Of a stretch of 64,000 bases of DNA, positions 1 to 16,396 are shown one piece after another (position 1 is the stretch's first letter; each line of letters starts with the position of its first letter). The stretch comes from Octopus sinensis (taxonomy: Eukaryota). The notes below the pieces were generated by a model. The model was not told the DNA's origin, ran no database searches, and saw only the letters and a list, made by a program, of their open reading frames with translations. The position numbers and the translations under genes are program-made. The stretch is from the NCBI RefSeq assembly GCF_006345805.1, contig NC_043003.1, positions 44,888,001 to 44,952,000 of the forward strand, given 5' to 3'.

Positions 1-540
1 GTCGAAAGCTACACTACATCCTTCAATATTTCCATGTGTCCTGAAGTCCGCCAACAGTACACTTGATGGCCATTTTTTCTTTTTAGTTGTAGTGCACCTG
101 AGCACTGTATACAACAATTTCCTTCATCCTTATATATGTGTTTGTGTTGACTTTCTGTGCAACACGTTATGGCTGTTAGTCAATGTAATGTCACACAATC
201 ACTTTTGTTCCCACTCAGTGGTACTCTACACATTTTTCATTATTTGGTGCAAGACTGTCTCTCTTTCCTATTTATTTCTCTGTCCTTCTCCTCTCCCATC
301 TATCTACGTCTCTACCTATCTGCTGCTTTTCTCTCTTTACTGCCTTCCGTTTCTTCCTGTGCCCACCTCTGTCAACTACCTACTCTCTATCTTTATTCCC
401 TTATTTCTCCGCACTCTATCTTTCTTCTTACTTGCACTTCCCCAACCTTATCTACTCTCTTTCTTCACTCTTTTAGTACCAAAAGACAATTCAATTTTTT
501 ATCACTCATCGTTTTTCTACTTGACCAGTGCATAGGTAGG

Positions 541-725
541 ACATCATTGTTTAATGTCTATTTTCCAAGCTGGAATAGGTTGAATGGTTCGACTGGGGCC
601 TGGGATTCCAGGAGGCTGCACCAGGCTCCAGTCTGATCTGGCAGTGTTTCTACAGCTGGATGCCCTTCCTAACGTCAACCACTCTGAGAGTGTAGTGGGT
701 GCTGTTTTTACGTGCCACCGGCACA
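541..725 (-). mobile_element. RTE-type LINE 3' UTR fragment (same family as 2218-2830)
   Basis: Reverse complement matches 2628-2812 (e.g. ...gagtggttg(a/g)cgttaggaag(g/a)gcatccagctg...), ending in a degenerate gatg tail. Confidence 0.7.
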
Positions 726-1044
726 GGGGACAATTCCCTGCCTAGTACTCATTTCAGATCCCCAGTTTATCTTTTCACTTTTCATTCTTTTCTTTCCTTC
801 TAACTTCCTTCTCTCTACCCCATCTCTCTATCCTTCTCCTGAGCCTTCTCATTGTACCTTTGGAACACAAGCACCATTATTTTCTTCCTTTTTTGTTAGT
901 TTTTATCATGTAGTCTCCCACACTTTGAAATATTTGCAATTTGTATTTTTCCTGCTTATTTTAGCTCTGCTTGATACATTTCCAAAATTAAAGATTTTAA
1001 TATGCAAAATATACTTCACATTATTATATATACTACGCATTAAT

Positions 1045-1521
1045 GCGAAAAATATTGTGTCTATTGGCTATTTTCAAAATGATCACACCATCAATGGAAA
1101 ATTTCAATACCAACTTCCTAAGGCAGTTATGAAAAACTGATGAATTGGGCCTTGTTTCATTAGGACAATGCTTCAGCACACAAGTCCTTGGTTTCAATGG
1201 CTGCTGTGTGTGACCGGCTTTGAACTGGTTGATCATCCTCCATATGTTAGTGATTTGGTTCCTTCTGGTTATCATCTGTTTCCCAACATAGAAAAACACT
1301 CAGATGAGCACCAGTATCACTATGATGAGAACATCTTATCTGTTGTTGATGACCATTTTGATCAACAGAAAAGATTCTTCACCAGTGCGACCCAAGCACT
1401 GCAACTACTAATGGAAGTATGTGGACAGTAAGAGGAACTATGTTAAAAAGTGAACTTCATTTGGTCACATTCCATTGAGAGTGTCTTGCTCAGATTATGA
1501 ACATTTTAGCCGACCCTCATA
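1045..1521 (+). mobile_element. mariner transposase C-terminal remnant with 3' TIR
   Basis: Translates GYFQNDHTINGK and FELVDHPPYVSDLVPSGYHLFPNIEKH (decayed HPPYSPDLAPSDYHLF mariner motif); ends ...agccgaccctcata, like mariner ends terminating in TA. Confidence 0.85.
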
Positions 1522-2217
1522 ATAATAAAAAGTATTATTATACCTGCATTTGTTTTAATGTTAACATTGGAAAAATCCACATTTTTCATTAAAAAATTAG
1601 GACCTGGGTTTGCATGCCCTTAGCAAATTTTGTTGCTGGGCTACTGACTGTGTGTGGTGTGTGAGGGAGAGAGGTGAGAGACCATTGCAAACAATGAATG
1701 AAATAAACATGAAATGAAAACAATAGTAGAAAAAAAGCACGTTAAAAGCTATCTTGTACCGAATATTTAAATTTGGGAATTCAGTAAATATTTCTTTCAG
1801 TAAATTATAGTTGTTTAAGTGAATTAAAACTTCAAATGAAAACATTAAAACAGAGAGTGAGAGGTTTCGCAAATTAAAACGGAAAAGTTCGCCGTTGCTA
1901 CGTCAAACCGGAAGTTGACATTGAGAAACCTTTTTTAAAAAGTGAATCATAGATATAAAGCAATATCATTTTTATTTTTAATAAAAAAAATAAACTGATG
2001 ACCCTATTATGTATCTGAGGTAAATTTCTTTATGCATCCTAAGTATGGAAGTAATGCATGGAACCGTTTTTGCGTGAAAGGCGAATACACACGCATACAC
2101 AGGTATGTTTTATTATAATAGATATATATTATATATGTAAAATATACAAGGATAAAATTGTTAAAAATGTTATCAGTGGCCAGCATATAAAAATATAAAC
2201 CTATTAAAGTGAAATCA

Positions 2218-2830
2218 TTCACCGGGGTAATGACCAGTGACCGAGAATTTTGGAAATATGCTGTGATTGAGAAGACCCGCAAAGTCAAGTGAAACTATAA
2301 CCTTGTGGCCTAAGCCAGGGGTGTAACCAACCCACTTATGCATACCTTCCCTTCATTGGACACTGCATGCAAAGACCTGTTGAAGCAAGTGAAATTGGAA
2401 TCGAAATAAAATTCGATGACTGGCATCCATGCTAGTGGAGCACTTAGAGCACCATCTGAGCATGATCATTGCCACAGTGGCTAACTGGTGTTCGTGCTGG
2501 TAGCACGTAAAAAGCACCATTCGAGCGTGATCGTTACCAGCGTTGCCTTACTGGCACTTGTGTCGGTGTGCAGGTGACATAAAAAAACATAATTTTCCAT
2601 GACCGTTGCCAGTACCGCCTGACTGGCCCCCGTGCCGGTGACACGTAAAAGGACCCACTACACTCTCGGAGTGGTTGGCGTTAGGAAGAGCATCCAGCTG
2701 TTAAAACTCTGCCAAATCAAGATTGGAGCCAGGTGCACCCATCTGGTTCACCAGTCCTCAGTCAAATTGTCTAACCCATGCTAGCATGGAAAGCGGACAT
2801 TATACGCTGATGATGATGATGATGATGATG
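2218..2830 (+). mobile_element. 5'-truncated RTE-type LINE (ORF C-terminus, 3' UTR, (GAT)n tail)
   Basis: MTSDREFWKYAVIEKTRKVK* (stop at 2290-2292) resembles the DRxxW C-terminus of RTE ORFs; 3' UTR with internal repeats; (TGA)n tail 2808-2830. Confidence 0.75.
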
Positions 2831-4046
2831 ACATACATACATACATATGTACATACATACATACATATATATATATACACATTTACTATTGATGGATGAA
2901 CAAACTAAACATTCATTTTATGCATATTGTGGAGTTTGGGTTTGGCTTGGAATGGATTACCCTAATTTATACATATTTCAATACTCAAGTAACAAACAGA
3001 ACTCCATAACAGAAATTATTCGTATATAGATACCCTACTGTATATTGTCTTCACACCAGTGGTGTAGTTAATAGGGGAGCAAGAGGAACAACCACTCTCC
3101 CCAAGCACATTTTTCAAAATTGGCACCTTTTCAACAGTTTTTTAACTCTTTAGTTCACATGTGCAATAAAAGCCGAATCTCTCTCTCTCTCTCTTTTTTT
3201 TTGTTAGTCACACAGCCTTATGAGAACTTTATTGAGTCATTACTTTATTTGCCCAACCTCTCGTGTTTTTTGAACTGTCTACTCCAGTTCCTTGTGATGA
3301 CATTTGAAGAACCAAAACAAACCCTGACATTACAACGATTTGACACTGGACATTCCCGTAGAGTTTCATGAGTTTCATCTTTTTCACACCTATATCAATA
3401 TTTGTAAGCTTCATACATAATGACAGTGTTACTGAAACATGAAATTAATGAATGTAGAATACAATTTCATATAACTATTGAAATATTTTGCCTAATATAA
3501 GGGAAATGAGTTAAACATTGTTTGGGACGTGTCACAACACCTTTTATTTATATGCTGACTTCCTTTAACTGTAGAACATGGGTATATTTCTGTTTCACAT
3601 TTTATCTCATAATTAGAGAATAAACATCCTTCTAGAACTGACGTTGTGTTTTTCATCTTGCTGGGTTGACATTACTTTCGATCCCTAATTCATAGAATAC
3701 TAAGGAGTTTTCAGTTGCCTACACTTTTTCCTTATAAATTTGTGGTGGTCAATACCAATATGTAAAACCTTTAACTATGCTGCAATTGCGAGGCATAGAT
3801 TTTCATTGAGACACAGTACAAATATGATAAGTAATTTTAAGCTCACTTTGAAAATATATTTCAAATCAGTTGAAATTGTAGATACGTTTGCTTCACATTT
3901 AACATTTATGAAAAAACAAAACACATTGAAAGCTTCGACAATGAAATTCATCCAAACTTTGGATGAGGATGATGATATATATATATGTGTGTGTGTGCTC
4001 CTCTCTCTCTCTCTCTCTCTCTCCACACACACACACATATATATAA

Positions 4047-4145
4047 ACGCAGGTGTGGCTGTTTGATAAGAAGTTTGCTTCCCAAACACATGTTTCCGGG
4101 TTCAGTCCTACTGCATGGAACCTTGGGCAAGTATCTCCTACTATA
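4047..4145 (+). mobile_element. tRNA-derived SINE head (family A), truncated at the PLE junction
   Basis: cgcaggtgtggctgtttgataagaag...gggttcagtcc...ccttgggcaagtatctcctactata; matches heads at 7056 (+) and 30746 (-). Confidence 0.8.
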
Positions 4146-7041
<2,896 letters not shown>

Positions 7042-7055
7042 TATATATATGTATA

Positions 7056-7205
7056 GGCGCAGGAGTGGCTGTGTGGTAAGACTGAACACATGGTACCGTG
7101 TTCAGTCCAACTGCGTGACATTTTGGGCAAGCGTCTTCTACAATAGCCTCGGGCCGTTCAACGCCTTGTGAGTTGATTTAGTAGTCGGAAAATGAAAGAA
7201 GCTCG

Positions 7206-7242
<37 letters not shown>

Positions 7243-7550
7243 TATATATATATATTTGTATGCATGTATGTATGTGCGTGTTGGTTATTTGTGTCTGTGT
7301 TTCACACCTCCACCATCACTTGTTTGTGTGTTTGCGTCCTCGTCACTTAGCGGTTTAGCAAAAAAAAAACGATAGAATAAGTACTAGCCTACTGAATCTC
7401 CTGCAACTCTTGTGGACAGTCTCCTTGTTTGAGTTAGTGAATGCTGCCATAAACCTTGCCTTGAATCTATCTTTGGTGTTTAGTCGATTTGTTCGACTAA
7501 AGATAGTGCTCCAGCATAGCCGCAGTCAAATGATTGAAACAAGTGAAAGA
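7056..7550 (+). mobile_element. tRNA-derived SINE family A with internal (TA)/(TG) microsatellite and an 88-bp foreign insert
   Basis: Head ggcgcaggagtggctgtgtggtaag; tail gtgctccagcatagccgcagtcaaatgattgaaacaag; homologous to 30340-30746 (-) and 54425-54720 (+). Confidence 0.85.
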
Positions 7551-7574
7551 ACCCTTCCAGAAACCAGTACTTAC

Positions 7575-7630
<56 letters not shown>

Positions 7631-7631
<1 letters not shown>

Positions 7632-7953
7632 AGGGCGCGTGGCTTAGTGGTTAGGGCATTCGGCTCATGATCGTAAGGTTGTGAGTTCGATTCCCGGCGA
7701 CGCGTTGTGTCCTTGAGCAAGAACTTTATTTCACGTTGCTCCAGTCCACTCAGCTGGCAAAAATGAGTTGTACTTGTATTTCAAAGGGTCAGCCTTGTCA
7801 CTCTCTGTGTCACGCTGATTATCCCCGAGAACTACGTTAAGGGTACACGTGTCTGTGGAATGCTCAGCCATTTGCACGTTAATTTCACGAGCAAGCTGTT
7901 CCGTTGATCGTATCAGCTGGGACCCGCGTCGTCGTAACCGGCGGAGTCTTTTT
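7631..7953 (+). mobile_element. Near full-length tRNA-derived SINE family B inserted in (GTA)n
   Basis: Pol III A box TGGCTTAGTGG (7640-7650) and B box GTTCGATTCC (7685-7694), ~250 bp body; flanked by (GTA)n 7575-7630 and 7957-8095. Confidence 0.85.
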
Positions 7954-7954
7954 A

Positions 7955-8013
<59 letters not shown>

Positions 8014-8023
8014 ATAGTAGTAA

Positions 8024-8071
<48 letters not shown>

Positions 8072-8229
8072 GAGTAGTAGTAGTAGTAGTAGTAGTTATA
8101 CGATTTGCAAATAATGCGGATGTAGTGACCAATAAGCCAAAACTATTATATTTTACTAGTATTCAAATACATTTTTTCTCTCCTGGTCGCCAGCTTACAC
8201 TAAAAGAGCGACACCAAATTCACTAATGT

Positions 8230-8700
8230 AAACCAATTCTTCAAAACTAGACTGTCTGCACATCATTTTCTATCTTCAGGCTCCTCTTCAAACGCTACCA
8301 AAATTTGTCGAGGGCTACGCCCGGCATGTAAAGCTCTCGCGTTGCTACTTTTAACAGTTTCCTCTTCATCTAGTGCTTTGTTATCAGCACCGTAAAATGG
8401 AAATATTTACCCACATCTTTGAGAATTTACAACAATTTGATTTTCCTGTTAGACACAGCTGATAGCTAACATATTTCCGCGTGTGTTGAGAGATGCATGA
8501 TGCAAACTCCTGCGTACAGGTACATAATGAATGCATGTCACATACGTCCAGCTTATATAGGACCATTTCCACTTATAGCAGAGAAAATACCGACAGGGTT
8601 CATCTTGGACTTGTAAGGACCCTTCCTAGGCAAACCAACTACTGGATTTGCCGACAGTTCTTGGCACGAGAAATATTGAAAATAACAGCAACGTAAACAA
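8230..8700 (-). mobile_element. Possible highly decayed RTE-like RT remnant
   Basis: Only faint similarity in translation (ILKDVGKYFHF; KALDEEE) to RTE post-YADD region; no intact motif. Confidence 0.2.
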
Positions 8701-10149
8701 ACATATACCTAAAAAGAATATTAGGAAGATTTACAATGAACAAATCAGCTGGAGACTGGGAATATAACTTTGCTTTCCAAGAATCTAACATTTGCGAACG
8801 AGAACTTTAAAACACCAGACTGATCTGATTGTGTTATATTGCATTATATACCTTCGAGCAGAAGAGTATGAGAACAGAAATAGTAACTGCAATGGCTCCA
8901 GTGCTTGTTTGATAATAACCAAAATACAGGAAAACAAAACAAAAGTTTTTGAACATCTGAATTTGTTTATAGATTTAGTGATTGATTTAACATACTTGCA
9001 ATTGTTGTTCCTTATATCTCTTTTATATTTCACTCTTTTTCTTCCACTACTTGTGGCACTCGTCCGTCTATTGATAATATTTTATGATTGTTGCTATTGT
9101 CGCCAAACATTGTGTTCTTTTAAACAAAAGAATTGATTTTTGTGATGTTGCACCAGCATACATATAAACATGCCCCTATTAATTTTAAATATGAAGAAAC
9201 GAAGTGTTGCTATGTATGTATATACATATACGTGTGTGCATATGCACACGATCATGTGTGTGTGTATGCATCTGTCTGTCGATCTGCGCATATATTTATT
9301 ATATTTATGTGTCCACTTATATATGTTGGCAGCTATCACTACATTATAAAATAAAAAAAGCAATGAAATAAATATTAGTAAACAAAAAATAAGTACATAT
9401 GTGTGAGTATTGTGATAACACTGCGGTACTGTTTAACATTTAACGAATGTAGTCCTGCTGTGTGCGATAGATAGTCCCAGTGTAATATTATTCCCTTTTT
9501 ATTTGGTGGGAGCAGATTAACAATCTACCTAGTTTCAAAGCTCTACGTGGCTTTGTATACATGTAGCAAGAAATTCTATAAGTATCTGTCGGAAATTTAT
9601 TAAAAAAATACCGTCATAGCATGCATTGGAACAGATACGAAATTCTGGAACCTAAAACACTGCAAAACTTTCCCTTTCATTTATAGCATCCATTGCCTCC
9701 GTTTGCAAAACTTTCACAGAATCATTACTGCAGACAACATACAGATTTCTCAGTGAATTGTTAGAAAATGTGCTTCTGGAAATACTTTTATATATTCATT
9801 TGCTTGTTTATTTGTTTATTGAGAATCTTCCTATTTTTGCTGTAATGAATCATCATTTGAAATCCAAGAAACACAACGTTGGCAATATAGATAAAATTTT
9901 ACATATATATCCCGTTCTCAAACTAGCTATGCCACTCCTACTGATTTAACTTAGGTATATCATAGTCCATTTTCGAAATCATATAAAAGTTCACAGTTAC
10001 TTATTTCTCGAAACGGATTTCTTTTGACAACTTCTATTCCTAGAAATTAATATCATTTTTTTACGGTTTTTCAGTCTTGTATTTTATGTATTATCGTATC
10101 TCACAAAATATCTGTTTGCTCCATATATGTCTCAATAGCTAGGGACCTT

Positions 10150-11570
10150 ATAATTTTCTGATGTCATCCAGTTTTTTTCTTCTTGAAAATGTCGTGGCTA
10201 TTGCATTAGACATTTGTTCCTATGTTATGTTTCTTGTTTTGAACAATTTCTTCCTTCGTCCTCCATATATCTTTCTCTTTACTTTTTCTATATAGGTTGT
10301 CGTTGGTTCTGCATTCACTTTTATTTCTTAAAAATATCGATTTGGTGGCAGCCGAACTGTTTGTTTGGTAAAATAAGATTGATGTCGTTTTTCATATCGG
10401 CAAAAACTTTGCAATATGACCAACATGTCAGTATATTTTTTAAAAACTTCTTTGATTTTTCTCTATATCTGTTTGCCTTGTTAGTCTTAAGCAATGGACG
10501 CTTCACCACCATTTTTTCCTTCTTTTAACATTTGAGGGTTTCGTCATTTATTTCATTACAGATTCAGTTTTTTTTTATTCTCTTTCTTCTTTTATTCTCT
10601 GTGCCTTCATGTTTTTTGCTACATTTTTTTGATATTCATTTTATTTTTTCTTCAGTTGTCATATTTATTTATTGTGTACATACACAACTCATTTATTTAC
10701 ATTTCTTGAAGCGCACTTTCAGTTCGCTTTGGCAATATACAGTATTTGCTCTTCTATTTTGTATTTTCTATTGTTGCAACAACACTCTATGTAGTATGTG
10801 CGCGGTGCCTGGCCGAACTATATTCTGTAAGTTGTGCATATTGTAAGAGCTGGCATTTGGCTGGTGCCTTTATGGGTAAGTACTTCAATTATTCTTAATG
10901 CACATAACATAGAAATACTTTCTTATTTCTGTTTCACATACTACTTGCCCATAACAAAATTTTGTGATATTCTCTAAAACTTACACCTGTCTATCTTTTT
11001 TTTTGTTGATTTGTAAATGCTTTTGTATAAATCTTTGCGTATAACATCATAAAAGATTACAAATAAAACGGTATACACCACCCTTAACAGGTATCTGGAC
11101 TTCTATGCATGGATCAATATAATTCGTTAGATTTTTAACAATATAATTATCTTTCTGTTTCAAGACTTTGTACAAGTTTCTACTATGCTGCCTAGTTATG
11201 TGTAGCGCAGCGAAGGCATACATGTATCCAAAATTCTAACTATTAATGATTTCATTCCATTCTGAAATCCCTTTTATTCTAGACTTCAACTACTAGTATT
11301 GTTGGTCTTGGGTTGCTATTTGCAGCAATACCAGTTATGCCACCTTGTGCATAAGCTGGTTGTTAGTACAATTTATGTGCAACATTGATTTAGATGTTGA
11401 TAAATACTTTTAGCAATTTTCCCATTTTTCTGCGTTTACTCTGTGACTGAGTATTACGTATCTTCGTCTGTATGAAATTGTTCTTAAGCGGCTAATTAAT
11501 TACGGAATCATTTTTCTCGTCTCTGTGACACATCTCTTAGTGACAACCAGCGTTATTCGCCTTCAGCATC
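10150..11570 (-). mobile_element. Possible decayed LINE endonuclease/linker remnant
   Basis: A-rich minus strand with broken frames containing QGGI, ILVVEV, GYMYA fragments reminiscent of APE endonuclease; no clean motif. Confidence 0.2.
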
Positions 11571-12104
11571 ATCGATTTAGTAAATATGTTGTCTGTGTAT
11601 TTCATCCACTCTCCAATCGTTTGTCCTGCTGTCTTCGTTGTTACTCTTGAGCACTCTTACTCTTTCAGGTAATTCGATATTTCTGGTTGCAGTTATTCTT
11701 CCTTCAATACTCCCAGCGTAGGTTTTTAAAACTAAAGTCACTGCATAGATGTTCACTTCTACATTACTGAATATTTGATTACTCCCTTTGAGGGATACAT
11801 TCTTTGTAGAACCTATCACTATTAATTTTAAGGAGTATGTTATGCATTTTGAGTAAAACCATATTCTCTGTATCCAGTTTCTTACAGATCTGTGTTCGAC
11901 CAGTTGAGATACGGGAGAGACTAATTGACACAGACATTGCTCACGTGTTAACAGTTTTACTCTGATCACTCACTGATTTTTTACCTTCAATATTTACCTT
12001 ATCGTTCTGTGGTAAACGTATGATTTATGCGACAATCTCTCTTATTTCACTTTCCTTTACCTTTCTATAATTCCCCTCATCTACCTTCCATCTGGTTCAG
12101 ATAT

Positions 12105-12425
12105 TTCCAAGATATCCAATAAAATGTCGATATTGACGAACGTTCTGGGAGACACGCACGCAACTAGTAGAACTGAGAAAAACATCGCAGATGTGCGTGC
12201 AGCTGTGAGGGGTAATCATTGAATCAGCATCCGCGAGTTATCAGATGATGTGCAGATTAGTTTCAGTTCAGTTCAGTCCAGAAAATTTGAGTATAAGACG
12301 CCTGTCTGTCATGTTTCTACCAAAAACCGCTTTCAGCTGACCCAAAAGATATTAGGGTTTCAGTTGCACAAGATCGATCTCATTGTGTCGAGAACGATCA
12401 AAACTTTGAGCAAATATGACCATAG
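12105..12425 (+). mobile_element. mariner transposase internal fragment (second HTH and linker)
   Basis: Frameshifted translation DIDERSGR..TSRTEKNIADVRAAVRG..ISIRELSDDVQISFSSVQS and LSADPKDIRVSVAQD, typical of mariner HTH2 through the WVP-linker region. Confidence 0.8.
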
Positions 12426-12608
12426 TTTTGGTAAAATCTGATTGCAGATTCTCAGCTCAAATTTTTCGGTCATGGTAAATGCGACGATCACATGCTACAC
12501 ACTTTCCTTCCAGTGGAGGTGAGCTGGAAAGTAAAAACTTAGAGCACATGCAAAACAGAGTTCGAGGTCGATCTGTGCCAACAGGCGTCAGCTGTGTGCT
12601 TCGGCGTC

Positions 12609-12622
12609 ATTTCTATGGTAAC
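12609..12622. promoter_or_regulatory. RFX X-box-like motif in a CpG-enriched patch
   Basis: ATTTCTATGGTAAC (rc GTTACCATAGAAAT), one mismatch from GTYNCY-AT-RGNAAC; no linked gene identified. Confidence 0.2.
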
Positions 12623-13340
12623 AGACCGGATAATAATTTGATCCGCTCGCGTGTGCGCATGTGTGTGTGTGCGTGTGTGTGTAAACATAGTTGCCGGTTA
12701 AAATATTCCGAGTAAATTTTAAGCGACATTTACGAGACCTAGACACATAAAAAAAGAATAGACGGGCAGTTTCTCTGTGACTCCTCTTTATGAGTGGTCG
12801 TAAATGTCGCATAATCTACATTCAAAAACTTAACTGTTAATCTATAAGATGGAATTATATATGACGCAAAGTGCTCCTCACAATGAACATCGACTTTACA
12901 TTATATATTTTACAGTATCAAATGGCAGCCGACTAGTATCTCTCAGATTATGAAAACGAGGCTTAATGATTTTCGTCGCAAGATCTATGAGTCTCGTTCG
13001 TCATTCTTCTGTGTCCTTTTGTTTACTTTCACCATCGTTAGAAAGAAATAAAGAGAAATGGGAAATAAAGAATAATGTAATTGAACACTGCTTTATTTAT
13101 TAAACCCGAAACAACATGTTTACCGCTCAGTAATTTGGAGAGAACCAGAGAAAAGTATGCATTGGGTCACTATTCTGCCCTGCCAATTTGCATAATCGAA
13201 GTTTAATTAAACGGATTTGAAATTATCTGTGGGAAATGTGATATGTGGGGATGAAATACTGCTGGTCTTGTACACATGCTCGCATATGAATGCACACACA
13301 TACACACACAAACACAGTCACACACACACACATATACACA

Positions 13341-13381
<41 letters not shown>

Positions 13382-13382
13382 A

Positions 13383-13703
13383 CAGAGGGTGTGGTGAATA
13401 AACTGTTGTCTGAATTAAACTAAAATGAAAATAACACTCGCATCTTATTTTAACAGATATATTTGCCAAAATTACATAAAATATCTTGAAATTCTAAAGA
13501 GTAAATTTATTCAATACAATCGCCATTGGCTTCAACCACAGGCTCCAGACGACTTCAGAATCTCCTGCAACACTTCTGGACAGTCTCCTTGTTTAAGTTA
13601 CTGGACGCTGCCATAAGTATTGCCTTCAGTTCATCTTTGGTGTTTTAAGATGTTTTGTTGTTTTTTTCACTCAACTATGCTCCACACATATTAAACAAGG
13701 GGG
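13383..13703 (-). mobile_element. Tc1/mariner-superfamily transposase C-terminus plus TIR
   Basis: Minus strand reads NTKDELKAILMAASSNLNKETVQKCCRRF*SRLEPVVEANGDCIE*; end TA|CAGAGGGTG resembles CAGGGTG-type TIR. Confidence 0.8.
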
Positions 13704-14037
13704 ATGCGTGTATGTATGTATGTATGTATGTATGTATGTATGTATGTATGTATGTATGTATACTGGCATGTATGCGTTTGTGTTTGCTGTATGTATTTCT
13801 CCGCCACTCTGTCATGTTATTTATATTGTTTTGCTTACATCTCCATGGCCTTTCGGTTCGGTGAAAGAAAACTGCACATAGTAAGTACAGGTGTCACTTA
13901 ATCATCCTAAACCATTCAAGTCCAGTGAATGAAAGCAATTAAGATAAAAGACAAGTATATATTGAAGGGGAGGGAGAGAGAGAGAATTGGTGATAGCATT
14001 CATATATACATTCATAAATTGGTCAAGCGTTATATAA

Positions 14038-14078
14038 ATAGATAGATAGATTAGATATATGTATATATATATATATAG

Positions 14079-14165
<87 letters not shown>

Positions 14166-14176
14166 CAGATAGACAG

Positions 14177-14248
<72 letters not shown>
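14038..14248. repeat. (GATA)n/(GACA)n microsatellite (others at 15090-15390, 18491-18594, 55893-56183)
   Basis: Directly visible tetranucleotide runs. Confidence 0.95.
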
Positions 14249-15116
14249 TGACTAGATAAATAAATAGATAGACAGAGAGAGAGAGAAAGAGAGAGAGAGA
14301 GATATGAATGTATATGTGTAAATATCTACATGTATGTATATTCTTGCATGTTAGGAGACCCAAATCGCAAATATGAATTATGAGCCTTCTAATTATAATG
14401 CATTGTTAAAACTACTGAACCGCGCAGTCATCACTTTACTCCTCTAGATGTATATGTCTGCATGTTGATCTGCTAGTTTGTTTCATAGGACCTAATGTAT
14501 TGTCTGCCACGTCGCATGCCCCATGCTTTATCTCTGAAACAATAAACGGAGAAGTGCTTAATTAATAGAAAATTATTGCCGTTTTGACTTTATAATTGAT
14601 CTCATTGAAAATATAGCTATGTTCCTCACTAATAACGACATCGTGATATATTAGATTGATACAGGGGTTAGTTCTGTAACAATAGAGAAAGGTCATGGGG
14701 GTTTCCTAATGACACATAATTAACTGTATCATAATTACAGGGAAAAATATAAATGATATTGAAGACAAACGTGTAATTTTCCTTTATCTAGGAAGGAAAC
14801 AGTGATAGACAGAAGAGAATTTAATGGAAAGATACTACAAGGAGGAAGAGTGAAGTGAAAGAATGGAGAGTGAGAGTGAATGTATATGATTGCGGTAAGA
14901 GCTCGTGTTCTAATACATGCATTGATATAAGCTAAAGTGCGTATATAACAAATGTGCATAGCACTGTATCATAAACATACACGCATGGACATACACGTAG
15001 GTGTAGACATATATTCACAAATATAGCCTCACATTCACAGATACACATACTTATGCCTGAGTATAAGTGTTTAGATTGATAAACGGAAAGATAGACAGAC
15101 AGACCGACGGACAGAC

Positions 15117-15245
<129 letters not shown>

Positions 15246-15246
15246 T

Positions 15247-15285
<39 letters not shown>

Positions 15286-15288
15286 GGC

Positions 15289-15367
<79 letters not shown>

Positions 15368-16283
15368 CAGACATATAAATAGATAGATAGAGTGAGTGAT
15401 TTAGAAATATATTAGCAAAAGTTTGAATATGTATGTATCTAATATCATCAATTACTTTTGCAAGTTGGCTATCGTTGTTTTCCGCTACCGTTTATGCTGA
15501 AGATATGCTGTGTTACTCCTCTCCATTTCATACTCCTTGTTAAACGCTCACCGAATTTGTGAATCTAACTTTCCACCCATCCTCTCTCTCTCTCTCTTTC
15601 TATATCTCTCTTTCTTTCTCTCTCCGATTTTTGTCTAAATATCTACTTATATATCTATCTATTTGTCTATCTATCTATCTATCTATCAATTCTTTCGCAC
15701 ATAAACATACACTATACTGATGCACAGTATAGGGTCGCGCACACACATATTATACACTGCCTCACACACATATTCACATCTCTACATACACACACACACA
15801 CAAATACTCGAAACGCATACCACTCCACGAAATACACATACTAGGTTACTTATACGCATACACACACACAGACGCACCCACACCCACACAAAAGCCCGCA
15901 CAATTCTAAGTTCGCCTATACGTATATTAACACGCGCTCTCCACCATTCACATATACACAGGTTCACCATTCTTATCTCCCTTTCACCCAGCCTCTTTCT
16001 TCCTGTTAGGTTTAACAGCGCGTGTATCTGTGTATCAATGTGTGTCTACACGCACACATCTTTAATTGGACTTTTGTTTAGTTCGAGTATAAAAATGTGA
16101 ATCGACATGCACGGGTGCACGTCCAAAGACGAAATCCCCGAAATACCTAAGAACTGGAATGACCACTACTTAACCCCAATAGTCTATGATTCTTCTTTTC
16201 TTCTTTTCTTTCTCAAGCGACAACTTCACAAATTCCCACCTCCCTACTTCAACAACTGTGCTGATTACCATATATATATATAT

Positions 16284-16358
<75 letters not shown>

Positions 16359-16362
16359 ATAT

Positions 16363-16396
<34 letters not shown>

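Noticed and set aside
1890-2024. ETS motif ACCGGAAGT with nearby ATG and gag|gtaaat donor as a gene start
   Set aside because: Short motifs expected by chance; no downstream exon could be linked.
1994-2040. Other CTGATGA/CTGAAGA hits (1137, 1995, 6685, 16795, 43437, 45818, 55880)
   Set aside because: No stem II-GAAA-stem III-NUH-stem I arrangement found by eye.
3229-3390. Minus-strand terminal exon (CEKDETHETLRECPVSNRCNVRVCF...) with AATAAA
   Set aside because: Weak acceptor, no recognisable homolog.
7633-7705. tRNA gene
   Set aside because: A/B boxes run into a SINE body repeated elsewhere in the window; no clean cloverleaf or terminator.
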